Source of the DNA: Stegostoma tigrinum
Taxonomy: Eukaryota
Length of the DNA stretch: 64,000 nt
Direction of reading: 5' to 3'
NCBI RefSeq assembly: GCF_030684315.1
Contig: NC_081372.1
Coordinates: 30,705,481-30,769,480, forward strand
The position numbers and the translations under genes were made by a program. Below the pieces are notes generated by a model, which had not been told where the DNA came from, did no database searches, and saw only the letters and a program-made list of their open reading frames with translations. Below are positions 12,490 through 25,279 of this stretch, in pieces. Numbering within the stretch: position 1 is the first letter of the stretch; every line of letters starts with the position of its first letter.

Positions 12490-13222
12490 TTTCAGAAAGG
12501 ACAGTTCAAACCACCTACATTTTCATGTAAAATTTCTATTCTGATGTATTTATTTCTGAGACCAGATAGCTTTGCAGCCATACCTCAGTAATGGCTACTG
12601 TGCCATTCCAACCAGGTTGAGGTTATGCTTAAAGTTCATTTAATGTTCCTTATACTCCATGCACTTGGACAAATGGACCCATATATGGACTACACAGCTT
12701 CCAGGTGCTCAAAAGTTTTACTCACTATTTTTGTCTTTCCCTTTAGCGCAAGCACAAAGTAACAATACTGTTTAATAACAATTTTTTTTAAAAAGGCCAA
12801 GCACTGCGGTTGATTCATAGACAAACATAAAAGTGGAAATATTAAATCACATAATTACTTTGCATAGTTTTGAACTCCACATTATAAATAGGATAGAGGA
12901 GAATGCACAGTAAATATTCATGGGCGATCCCATAACTGAGTATATACTTATCAGGTAATGCTAAAAAGACAAGATATTCTTTTCCCTAGAATTGATGGGT
13001 TGTCTACTAGCAGGGAAGCTCAGTTTCTACGTGAGGAAGGATGAAACAAGATATGCTGATGAGGTAAGATGAGAAGAGGCTAGTTTGAAGCATAAATATT
13101 GGCATTGACCAGTAGTCAGAGAAAAGATCCAAACTATCAATAAATAGCAAGAATAGTATGACCAAAAGTACCACTGAGTTTGAAATTAAGTACAAGGTGA
13201 AGTAGATTCGTAGCAAAATGAC
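12490..13222 (+). repeat. Segmental duplicon B, copy 2
   Basis: Colinear with 10360-11105. Confidence 0.85.
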
Positions 13223-14864
13223 TTTGTACCAACAACAGCCAGCAAAGAAACTGGGTTGCAATTAAAATACACCAGAATCAAAAAAAATGTGACCATGACA
13301 GCTGAATGAAATTACAGACCACTGGAAACTTCAGGGCTATGAAGCGAATTAAGACTTTGATCTGTCAGTAGCTGGAGGTAAGTTGGAAACATATTGGTTA
13401 TTGATTTTATTTGACTTAGATAGAGGTATTCAGGTGCCCAGGATGGGAATGAGAAATGCCAACAGGCAATACAGCCAAATTTGCTGGCTTTGATCCAACA
13501 ATACTTTCTGTTTATTACTTAATCCATTCAGCTGGACATAAGTTAAAATAAAGTGCCCAAATTTTTCAGCAAAACTTGAACTATTGTGCACTGGAACTTG
13601 CTATTCCTTAACCCCACTGATCAATAAATCAATGGATTAAGGTCCATTGTAAACTAATTTCATAGGACAGTGAAAGTAATCAAATTTTTTTTTCAAGAAC
13701 CAAAAGAAAGGATGCAATAATTAAATCAGTTTTCTGACAAAACCTTGTTAAGATATGCTAGCTTTTAAAAGAAAATGATGAAACTTTGCGCTTTGAAATA
13801 TTGTCATTATTTTATTTTTAATGCTATGTTATAGTAATTGTATTTACATTTTTACAAGCTTGAGAAATATCTGTAATTAGCAATAGAAAATTAATATAGT
13901 TAGAAAATTCTGTATCACCATTCAAGTTTGCAAGTTCTGCATAAGTTAAATTTAAATATTATTTAAGCATTATCTTTTGTAATATGGAAAAACTGTCACT
14001 GCTATTTTGGTAAAGAAGATGCAGAATGGTTCATTACAGTACATTAAGAAATACCAGATTCCTAACTGATACCCTTAGCAAGAAGCTGGTTTTCCATTAA
14101 AAAGTTTACTTACACAACAACAGTATGAGGTATCAATTTGTTCAGTCACTTGCCGTGGATAAGGAAAACAAATCTATTTGCAATTTGCCCATAAATGATT
14201 ATTAGTCCCCCTGTTGCACCCCACAGATAAGATAGAGTGCATAAAATGATTTTCTTTTGTTTAAAGTGCAATAGATTTTGAATTTGGGGCACATGAAATA
14301 TGACAGTTCTTTCCAAAGTTTTTATATATAAAAGCCAATCTACCAAGCTCACTTCATACATGGATTACTAATTTTCTAGACAGTGGCATATTATTAAGCA
14401 AGTATTCTGCAACTAATGTGGAAATAGCATGGCTCTAAGACCATCAGAATTCACTATCATCATCAAACACAGCCTTCGGTCATTTTCCTCTTTAGTACAG
14501 GGATTTTATAGATTGGAAAATCTTTGTGCTTTTCCATTTCCCAGACAAGGCTGACCGTTCTTTCAATTTAGTAGGCTCCTACCATTGCAAAGTAAACTAT
14601 TACTCCTGGGGATAAAACATGGTTGGCCTTGCATGCATCTTCAGCTGTAATATGGATGTAAAACATACTACTTTAACAGCAGAACTGTATGAGTCCAATG
14701 TATAGAAGCCCCCACTGCAAAATTCTTAGGGTCTACATTTTAAACAAATTAAGGATATGACTAAAGCAGCGAAAACCAATGGCCTGGATACTAGCAGCAA
14801 GAATGATGAAACTGTTAGTATTCATTTTAATTACTCATCTTAAATCAACAGTAATTTCTGCTGA

Positions 14865-15760
14865 CAGAGATAATAGGAATTGCAGATGCCGGAGAACCTG
14901 AGACAACAAGGTGTACAGCTGGATTACACAGCAGGCCAAGCAGCATCTTAGGAGGAGGAAAGCTGATGTTTCAGGCCTAGACACTTCATCAGAAATGGGA
15001 GAGGGGAAGAGGGTTCCAAAATAAATAGGGAGAGAGGGGGAGGCGTATCGAAGATGGATAGAGGAAAAGATAGGTGGAGAGGAGACCGACAAGTTAAAGA
15101 GGCGGGAATGGAAATAGGAGAGGAGAGTGTAGGTGGGGAGATAGGGAAGGGATAAGTCAGTCCGGGGAGGATGGACAGGTCAAGGGGACGAGATGAGGTT
15201 GGTAGGAAATGGGGGTGCAGCTTGAGGTGGGAGGAGGGGATAGGTCAGAGGAAGAACAGGTTAGGGAGGTGGGGACGAGCTGGGCTGGTTTTGGGATGCG
15301 GTAGGGGGAGGGGAGATTTTGAAGCTTGTGAAATTCACATTGATACCATTGGGCTGCAGGGTGCCCAAGCGGAATACAAGTTTGCTATTCCTGCAACTTT
15401 TGAGTGGCATCTTTGTGGCTCTGCAGGAGGCCCAGGACGGACATGTCGTCTGAGGGATAGGGGGAGGGTGAAATGGTTCACAACTGGGAGGTGCAGTTGT
15501 TTATTGCGAACCTAGCGTAGGTGTTCTGCAAAGCGGTCCCCAAGCCTCTGCTTGGTTTCCCCAATGTAGAGGAAGCTAAATGGATACAGCGGATGCAGTA
15601 TACCACATTAGCAGATGTGCAGGTGAACATCTGCTTGATGTGGAAAGTCTTCTTGGGGCCTGGGATGGGGGTGAGGGAGGAGGCGTGGGGGCAGGTGTAG
15701 TACTTCCTGTGGTTGGAGGGAAAAGTGCCGGGTGTGGTGGGGCTGGAGGGGAGTGTGGAT
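14865..15760 (-). mobile_element. Penelope-like element, 3' part (GIY-YIG plus pLTR with hammerhead core)
   Basis: Reverse-strand homolog of 2375-3505; minus strand CTGATGAAGTGTCTAGGCCTGAAACATCAGC at ~14962-14992. Confidence 0.85.
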
Positions 15761-16769
15761 GTACACAGAATTATATGTGAAAATCAATAAGTTGTTGTCA
15801 GTGTTTCTACACTTCCGTACAGGCTGCATTATGTGGAACCCCAAAAAGCAATTAGTTAGAAGTCATTGACAAGTGCATCCATTATTAGGTTAATCATAAA
15901 AGCACTTGAAGGACTACTGTGACAATGGTAATGTCTCTACCTCAGGACTAGGAGGCATGGGGTCCAGTCCCACCACCTCCAAATGTCTGTCATAATGTCT
16001 CAGAACAGATTGATCAAAAAATATCTAAAGGCACTTGAAAAACGTCTTGTTGAATGAAATTTTATTAAATTTTAAATTAAATTGAATGGGATTTTAAATT
16101 ACTTTGTAGTCCATGATTGCTGCTTAAGCAGGCCCTAAAGGGCTGCTTTGATATTTATTGAGTGCCAAGTTTCTCCATGATATAACATTGGTTTTAAATT
16201 TCAGTTGCTATTTTGGCTTCTACTTTTATATAAATGTGCATTTCCTAATATTTTGCCATCTGGAAAACCTAAGCAAGTGGGTCTTGGTTTGTTATCTGTG
16301 TTAATACTTCAGTGAAATGAGCTGTTTGCCCTGCTTGATGATATTGTCATCACTGGATGGCTGGAAATGCCATTGACACAGTAAACATCAGGAAAGTGGA
16401 AACTAATTCCGAACAATTATTGGGTCTCTCTGAGCATCGTTCTGAGAGTTCAGTTAGGAGTGTCATTGCCATGGTACTGATCATGAATTTCAGTCCATTA
16501 TAAACATATCAAGAACTTACTAGCTGTTGATGGAAGTTGACTCAAAATTAGCCAATCAGCAGGACAAGTGTGCCCTATTTAGGATTCTTCACTGGCCCAC
16601 ACAGCCATTTACAAAAGTTAAACTCAGGCAGCTTGATTTTAGTCGTTACTGACATCAACGGAATAGAGGGAAGTCAGTTAGGTCCTTGTGCTAGCCATAA
16701 ACAGATACCCACCCCAATACAGCTTTTGGTCCATGATACTGTAGATTGCTAATCTCCAAGTACATTTTG

Positions 16770-17255
16770 AATACATTTCAGAGTTTCTTCCTCTCCCACT
16801 CCTTCAGTGAGTTCAAGTCTTCCACTGTACTCCTAGTGAAAATCTCAACTCCCCTTTCATCTTTCTACTGACTTCTCATCATCACTAATTTGACAGTTAA
16901 AGGAAAAATGGGTTCTTTTTCGAGACCTCAATTAAATCACCCTACAATTCTCTCAGTTCCAAACAGAACAACTTTTGCCTATCTAAGCTTTCCTCAGCAG
17001 TCCTGGCAACATGTTCTTAAGTCTCTTCAGTGCATTTACTAATTCTATCACATGTTAATCAGAAATGGACACCATATTCTTGCTGCGGCCTAACCAGCAT
17101 TTGAAATTCTAGCAATCTTTCTAATCTCACTTTCTCTGCCTCAGCATGTAAAAGAAATTACTTCTATGTGTTCTTAACCATTTATTGTCCTTGACCTGGT
17201 ATATTCAGAGATAAAGATAAACACTCAAAGACCCTTCTGCTTCTCTACACTTCTC
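16770..17255 (-). mobile_element. Old CR1-type LINE fragment
   Basis: Degenerate similarity to the CR1 ORF2 3' region seen in younger copies in this window. Confidence 0.5.
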
Positions 17256-17489
17256 AGTATTCTTCCCCTTCCCTGGTTTGATCTCGCCGATCCCTCCCCT
17301 GCCCCCCCCACCCCGCCAACAACCACAGACACAACTTTTGAATCATCTTCAAACTTAATCGTGCCTTAACATCTAAACCATTGGTATGTAATGCCGAAAT
17401 CAAGGTATGTAGTTCTGCTAAAAGTTAGAGAGAAATTTACACCATAACAATGCATTAGAACGTGAAAGAACTGAAGAGTTTTTAAGAAT

Positions 17490-20400
17490 ACTGATCAAAC
17501 ATAAACAAAACTTTTATTTGTAAATTGTTATATCCAAATGACAAACTATGAAATCTAAAAGGAAATTATGTAAATTTTAGACTCTTATTTATTAATAATT
17601 ATCTTTAAGCGTTCATGGAAGGTTTTGCCACCAAAATAATGTCAACACTCCTGTTTTTGAGGAAAGAATATAACCTTTTCAGTTAATTCTAAACATGTTT
17701 CCAATCATTCAAAATTGTACGTTAAAAATAATATTCTGCAACGTACAATGTTTCATAGCACTATCTTTCTCCCCAGTGACCAATCTAATTCACAGAGTAC
17801 CAAGTTCATTCATCCACATTCTTTCTAAAAAAAAATGTTTCTGCCCTTCATGATTCATCTAATGAATTTAAAATCTTTTGTCTCCATCTCTCTAGCTAGA
17901 ACAATCCAAGTGGGAATGATTCATTAATATTACAAATTCCTTCTGACCTCAGTCACAAATTGTCTTTTCACCAATTCTTGTATATTTGTATTGTAGTAGT
18001 GTTCTGGATTTACCATAATTTTATTTCTACCTTATGCAATGCTAAGTTCCCTCATGTTATTTTCTACATGAAAACTGGGAATAACAAAAAGAAAAATGAT
18101 TTAAATGCATTTTTAAAGGAATTTTAAAATTAAATTAAAAGAGAGGATGAGATTAAAAACTGAAGTAAATGGTAGGAAAAAAAGCATGTTAATGATTTAA
18201 AAATAAGTTCTGAACAAGGTTAAATGATTTTTGTGGAAAGATTGATCAAAATATAGAAAAGCTTTCCAAGAAGACAGCAGATACAACGTTTTAGCACATT
18301 CAAGAAGCTAGATACATTATTTTTGGCTGCAGAGAGGGGGACTTAAAAGACACTCATTAACTTTTATGTTTAGGTCAATGAATCATAATTGTTCTTCTGG
18401 TCTTGTGTATTCCTCAGCATTCTGGTATGTACTCAAGCAAAAAAAAAACCTCCAGTCTATACACTGCTCATGACAATACAATGCATGACACCATCTTAAA
18501 CAAGAGTTGCTGAGAAGCCAGATTTTTAAATTTTTCCATTATCTATCCAAATAGTTTTTACAATGGATAAATTGCTAATTATGGGTTTTCATATTTTTGT
18601 ATTTTAACCAATTAATCATCTTGTACGTTTTTTTTAAATTGTACAGTAGCTGCCTTAATCTGCAAACTATGAGAAGGCCTTACCATTTGTAAGAGTAAGT
18701 TGTTATTTAGTTCAGGTTATGGCATTTTGAAACTGTAATCTCTGGGAGCATGCTCAATTTTCTCAGGAAGCTAAAAAAAATTAGTATGCTGCTGCTGAAT
18801 TCGCTAAAAAGACGTTCATATCTATCAGATGAATTGAGAGGCAAGACAGCATTACTATAAAGATAGAATGACTGGGTGTACAGTCAAACCGCCTATATAA
18901 TGGTTTATCTCTTAGATATGCATTTCGGGTGATGGAAACAGATAAATGGTACATATTTTAGATTGAAAAGATAATGCATGTTTGCTGAGAAAAAAGTGTT
19001 AAAACTACTCAGAAGGGAACTATTTTCCATAAAATCAACTTCAATGGTTTCGCTGCAGAATCTTAAATTCATAACAGGGTTTAGAAGATATATCCAAGAT
19101 ACAAAGCATTCTCAGTGCCGTGGCAAGCTTCCCTGGTATAAGCCCCTACAGTATTAAATTGATTATGAGCAAATCTTAAAAACAAGTGTGGTGGGTGCAG
19201 GGGGTTAGGGAGAAGTAGTGAACATTTAAAACAAAAACAGAATTTCTGTTTTTGTTTATGATTTCCAACATCCGCAGGTTTGTTTTTTTTTGTTTAATAA
19301 TGAAAATCTGCATCTATTTCTGTAAAAACGATCTCATTAGTCTTGGATCAATATTCATCTATGCTTCAGTTACATGTTTAAAATCAATCTAGGGAATATT
19401 TACAAGACAGATGTGGAGTTTTTCTTCTAAACTAACAATAAAAAGTTCTGGAAAACTAAATAAGTACCATCAACTATGTTTTCTGAAAAATACCTAAAAC
19501 ACACAATCTGCATTCCTTATCTATAAAACTAATTAAAATAGTTGTCAATGTCTTTTCATTGTACACTCCCAAAGTATTCGCTGATATACGCAATGATAAA
19601 TTAACATCTTAGGTTTCTATTTAAAGAGCAACATATCAGTAAGTTCAAGACACACAATGCACACACAAAAGAAGGGCTTAAAAGCACAATGGATGAATTT
19701 CAAAGCGTAAAGCACTTGTGTATTGGGAAATCAAACTACTCATCTCTGCAAGGAATTGCATTATATACAAACAACTCATATTGAAATGACTCATTGCTAC
19801 AAAATATACAAAACCTTGAGATTAAATAATATGACTTACAAGCTTGTGCATTTTAGTTTGATAGCATGGCTACTTTATGAAAATGAACAAACATTTGAAC
19901 TTCTTCTCAAACAGTGGAAAAATTTTAATGAGACTGAGAAAATATAAAATGAAAAGTTAGTTTGTACTAATTACATTCTTAGTATCCATGTTACATCCAC
20001 AACTAGCTCCAAATCATTTCAATATAAGAAAGATACCATATTAGGAATAAAGACACTAAGGATATTTCGAAAGAAATAAATTATGAGGTCAGTTTCAGAT
20101 GTAATATGGATATTAATCAAAAACAGGCAGATATTTAGCAAAGTTGGTTTGAAAATATATAAACATACACTTAGGAACCATTGGCATATGAAGCAAAGAA
20201 ACTGTGAATAGAAACCCCACACAGCAACCAAACGTAAATACTCAGTATTTTCAGTCCAACGTGTGAAGTTGGTAAAGTTATAAATTACCATAAAAATGAA
20301 TTTAGGACTGGGGTGAATCTTGCACTCTCTTGACCCTTCAGCAGCCATTTGATGGCATTCCCATGTAATGTGTTGGTGATGCTTTGGATTTCATCCCAGC

Positions 20401-20548
20401 CTTAAATATGATTATTCTTACCCATAAAGTCATATTCACATGTTCTGTCATTTATTAGTGGCCTTATTATAGTTCTCTCTCATATACTGTAGTCAGTAAA
20501 TGTACAGCAAGCTGCTTCATAATCCTGTTCAGTCCCACCGTATTGCCT
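17490..20548 (-). other. GID8: Probable GID8 3' UTR (~3 kb)
   Basis: AT-rich and nearly repeat-free stretch from the stop codon to an AATAAA followed by GU/U-rich sequence; repeat density rises beyond it. Confidence 0.5.
17513..17518 (-). terminator. Candidate polyadenylation signal AATAAA for GID8
   Basis: TTTATT on plus strand; minus strand continues AGTTTTGTTTATGTTTGATC...TTCTTTC (U/GU-rich). Confidence 0.45.
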
Positions 20549-20722
<174 letters not shown>

Positions 20723-21039
20723 CTAGATTTAAAAAAAAAAGAAAGAGAGTCTGTAGTCCGTTAATTTCAACATTCAAATTCAGTTTCATATAAGACACAC
20801 AACTGGATACCAGAAGCTTTCTAGTCAAGGTCACATTTTACTGGCAAAATAAGTTAGCATTTTTACACTAATTCATAAATAAAAAGGTTGAATTTTCAAA
20901 TACTTATTTGGTGGCACAATACTGGAGTCTTGTTGAGAAAAAAAATACAAAGACAAAGACATTCTGTTGAACTATTTTGTCTTGCACTCATCAGGAAACT
21001 TGCAAGAATACCAATGTAAAGGGAACAACATTTCATACT

Positions 21040-21195
21040 TAAACAAAAATAGAAAATGCTGGAAAAAGTCAGCAGGTTTGGCAGTATATGTGTAGAGAAA
21101 GCAGTTAACATTGAGTCCAGTCAGCCTTCTCCAGACTGCTGAGCTTCTCCAGCAATTTCTTTCAGATTTCCAGCATTTGCACTTCTTTGCTTTAT
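21040..21195. repeat. Short fold-back repeat (Penelope-terminus-derived, second family)
   Basis: AGAAAATGCTGGAAAAAGTCAGCAG... inverted against ...CTGCTGAGCTTCTCCAGCAATTTCT; related copies at ~3590-3750, 27160-27222, 43940-44160, 58545-58680. Confidence 0.55.
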
Positions 21196-21921
21196 TTTCA
21201 TACCGTATAAAATGACAAAATAAAACGCTAACTGGTTGGAACATGGATTCTGATTGGTAGAGGACTGCTACGGAGAATGCAACAATTAGATAGTGACTAA
21301 TAGTTAACTGTCAAGCTTGGTTTAAATTTACACCAAGCAAGTTGCCTGATTGGTCAAGGCATTGTCCCAAGGAATGAAACAGAAATTTTGTTAAGATTAA
21401 ACAGATACAATGTGTATACATATTCTGTCTATGAACAGTAATGTGGCACACAAAAATATATTTAGACTTTAGTACAGGCAAGTGCACCACACAACAGCCA
21501 GATTCAACTGACAAAGTGGTTGCAAGTGTAATTCTCAGTACAGATGATTACTTAGCAAATAATGTTGTACAAACAGCATATGCTCAGTTATGCCATCCTA
21601 TAAAAAGTTGGACAGATCCAACCAATTACCACCATATTAGTCTATTCTCAATCACGTTTAAAAACAGTCATTGATGGTGCCATCAAACAGTTCTTGCACA
21701 ACAAGATTTAACAGAATTTCACAAATACAATTTTCAATTAATTCAAAGGTTATTACATGCAGAATAACATAACTTCATTCGAGTCCAACGTGCAATTGAC
21801 AGTTTCATGGCAAGTTTTAGCAGACATTTTAATTGCACAGAAGGACATTTGTAAAATTAACAAATATTTCTTAGCATATACAGTTAACCAATCTTTTTAT
21901 TAAGAATATTTAAATGATTCA

Positions 21922-22164
<243 letters not shown>

Positions 22165-22799
22165 TTAGGCTAACTAATCAACAATATAGCCAATAATGTT
22201 ATTGATACACAGTTGTTCAGCAAAAACATTCCAGCTCCAGTAGTTTTCCTCTTAAAAATTAGTTTTCTGGAGGCGCTAATGCTGTACATATTATTTATAA
22301 GTAAATCGTAGAGCTACACCTGAAGCTGATATTCATACCTTGAAATTTGCAGCATGTACCCTTTCAGTTAATGATAACTGTTGACCACTAAAAATTAACT
22401 TCACTGAAAACTATTTATTAAAAGTGTAGAATCATAGTCCTTCAAGTTTTGAATTTCAAAGATATTAAAAAAAATTAACATGTCCCTTGATTCCTATCTG
22501 TCTCAATCCAGTCTTAAGTTTCCCCTATTTACTTTTTTTTAAAATCTCGACTTTGATATTTGAACATTCAATCTCTTTCTCAATTTTATTTTCCAGTTCT
22601 TAAATCTCACTTGTCAAGGAGATATTCTGTTGTTTCTCTATTCACTCCAGTCCTGGATTCCCCCTTTCCTATCACTGCATTATCATCAGCACGGTGAGCA
22701 AAAATTGCTTTAAAATGCAGAGATATAGGGCCAAGTCTAAAACACCGTTATTTGCCTCGTTATACCAAAACCTGGTCAACAGTGTCCTGCTTAATTTCT

Positions 22800-24440
22800 A
22801 ACAATGGTCACAGATTCTTTGCCCAACTTGTCCATGTCGAGCACGTTTCCTAAAGTCAACTAGTCCCATTTGCGTGCATTTGGCCCATATCCCGCCAAAT
22901 CTTTCCTATCCATATACCTATCCAAATGACTTTTAATGCTGTATTGTACCTGCTACTACCACTTACTCTGGCAACTCAATCCATATACACACACTCAATC
23001 CATATACCTGAAAGTTCCCTTTCAGGTTCCTTTTTAAATCTTTCCTCTCTCACTTTAAACCTGTCTTCTAGTTTTGGACAACCCTACCCTGGGGAAAAGA
23101 CCTTCACAATTCACCTTATCCATTCCCCTCATGATTTTGTAAAGCTTGATAAAGGTCACCCCTCAGCCTCCAATGCTCTAGGGAAAAATGTCCCAGCCTA
23201 TCCAACCTCTCCTTACAACTCAAATCTTCCAGGCCAAGTAATATCGTATAAATGTTTTCGGCACCCTCTCCAGCTTAATAATATTCTTCCCACAGCAAGG
23301 CAACCAGAGTTGTATGCAGTACTCTAAATGTGGCCTTACCAATGTCTTGTACAGCTATAACTTGATGTCTCATCTCCTGCATTCAATGCTCTGACCAATG
23401 AAGGCAAGCGTGCCAAACGCCTACTTCACTACCCTGTCTACCTGTGACACCACTTTAACTGAACTATGTACCTACACCCCTAGGGTCACTCTGTTCAACA
23501 ACAGGGCCCTACCATTAACTGTGCAAGTCCCACCCTGGACTGTCTCACCAAAACACAACACCTCACATTGATCTGAATTAAACTCTATCTGCCATGTCTC
23601 AGCTACTGACTCAGTTGATCAAGATCCCGTTGTATTCTTAGATCACCTTCTTCATGGTCCACTAAACTGACAATTTTGATGTCACCCACAAATTTGCAAA
23701 TGATGTCTCCTTCATTCTCATCCATATCATTTACATAAATGACAAAACAACAGTGGACTCAGCACCAATCCTTGCAGCATGACGCTGTGGTCACAGGTTT
23801 TCAGTCTGAAAAACAACCTCTATAACACCGTGTCTTATTTAAACTCTAGGTAATTTGGAGTTGGTGACCTCATTGCCTGTTTTTCTTTGTAGTGGTGTGC
23901 ATAACGGGTCTACTAATGAGTTTATTGATAGCCTTCTTGGTGAAAAGCCAGGCCTCGAAAAATTCCCGCACTTGTCTCGGTTTGGCTTGCCCTAGGATCC
24001 TGACATTGTCTCAACCAAACTGGTGGTTCTCCTTGTCCATGTGTATGGAGACAAATGAGTATTGGTTATGTGTTCTTGTTGCTAGTTAGCAAACTAGCTT
24101 CGTGACTCACTTTACCATTAATGGCCAGATCTACCAATAAAATTGGCTTGATAATACAATTGGCTAAGTCTCCCTGGATCCCACGTGATCCAACCTCACT
24201 AACCAGTTTACCATGCACAGCCCTGTCTAGGGCATTGCTAAAGACCAAGTAGATAACCTCTACCACTCTGCCTTGATCTACCTTCTCGGTCACCTCTTCA
24301 AAAACCTCCACAAAATTTGTGAAACATGATTTTCCACACATAAAGCCATGCTGACTATCTCTAATCAGTCCTTGCCTTTCTAAATGCACATAGATCCTGT
24401 CTTTCAGAAGCCCCTCCAACAACTTAACCACCACTGATGC
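22800..24440 (-). mobile_element. CR1-type LINE ORF2 3' part, interrupted by a Penelope fragment
   Basis: LIRDSQHGFMCGKSCFTNFVEVFEEVT...VEVIYLVFSNALD (RT); CR1 3' region 22800-23830. Confidence 0.85.
23835..24140 (-). mobile_element. Penelope fragment; inverted copy of 26500-26810
   Basis: Reverse complement matches 26500-26810 (HMDKENHQFG.DNV.ILGQAK..Q..EF..AWLFTKKAINKLI), including the internal inversion junction. Confidence 0.8.
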
Positions 24441-25062
24441 TTGCCACCTGAAGATGAAGTAGAAATGTAAGGCTTAATATATTAAATAGGAATCAAAACC
24501 GTTTTAGATCACTGGAAAATATTAATTCATGTTGAAGTAACGAAATAACACTGTAGTTACAAAGTGCTGCAGCAGTTTTTAAAAAAAGTTAAAAACTAAC
24601 AATTGAAAACAATGCTTGAAAAATGGCCACCAGAAATGCAGATTTCACTTTTATCCAGATTATTTTAATTGAATAGTTTATCTTTAAATCATTAAAGCAC
24701 CCTGGCCATAATTGTAAAAGATTGCAGCAATAAATTGAAATAAAAGAAAAGCCAGAAAATCAAGAACTTGCGTGAATAAAGCAGCAAGATTAAACTTTTT
24801 GTCAGCATTGAAATATTTTAATCTGGACTGTGAATGGGCTCCCAGAATGGCTTGCATGAGATAGGTCAAACAGATTTCCTTAGTGTTTTACATAAAGTGT
24901 AAATTATTGCACTTCTGGTACTGACTGTCTGAAAATACACTATTTAAGTCAGCTTTTAGTCACCTTCAACGTAGATGGGTAGCACAACCAATCATAGATT
25001 TATTTTTTTAAAAAAGGAGGGCAATAGCAGTTTCAATACAATTGCTAAGTTTATTTTTTGGG

Positions 25063-25278
25063 TTGACACAGTGGCTCAGTGCTTAGCACTGTTTCCTCTC
25101 AGCATCAGGACCTGGGCTCAATACCAGCCTCGGGCGACTGTGCGGAGTACATTCTCCCAGAGTCTGTGTGGGTTTCCTCTGGGTGCTCCGGTTTCCTCCC
25201 ATAGCCCAAAGATGTGTAGATTAGATAGATTGGCCGTGCTAAATTGCCCACAATGCCCAAGTATGTGCATGCTAGGTG
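25063..25278 (+). mobile_element. V-SINE (HE1-like) 5' part, split by a Penelope insertion
   Basis: GACACAGTGGCTCAGTGCTTAGCACTG head, GTGGGTTTCCTCTGGGTGCTCCGGTTTCCTCCC V-domain; the 3' part resumes at ~26948. Confidence 0.85.
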
Positions 25279-25279
25279 A

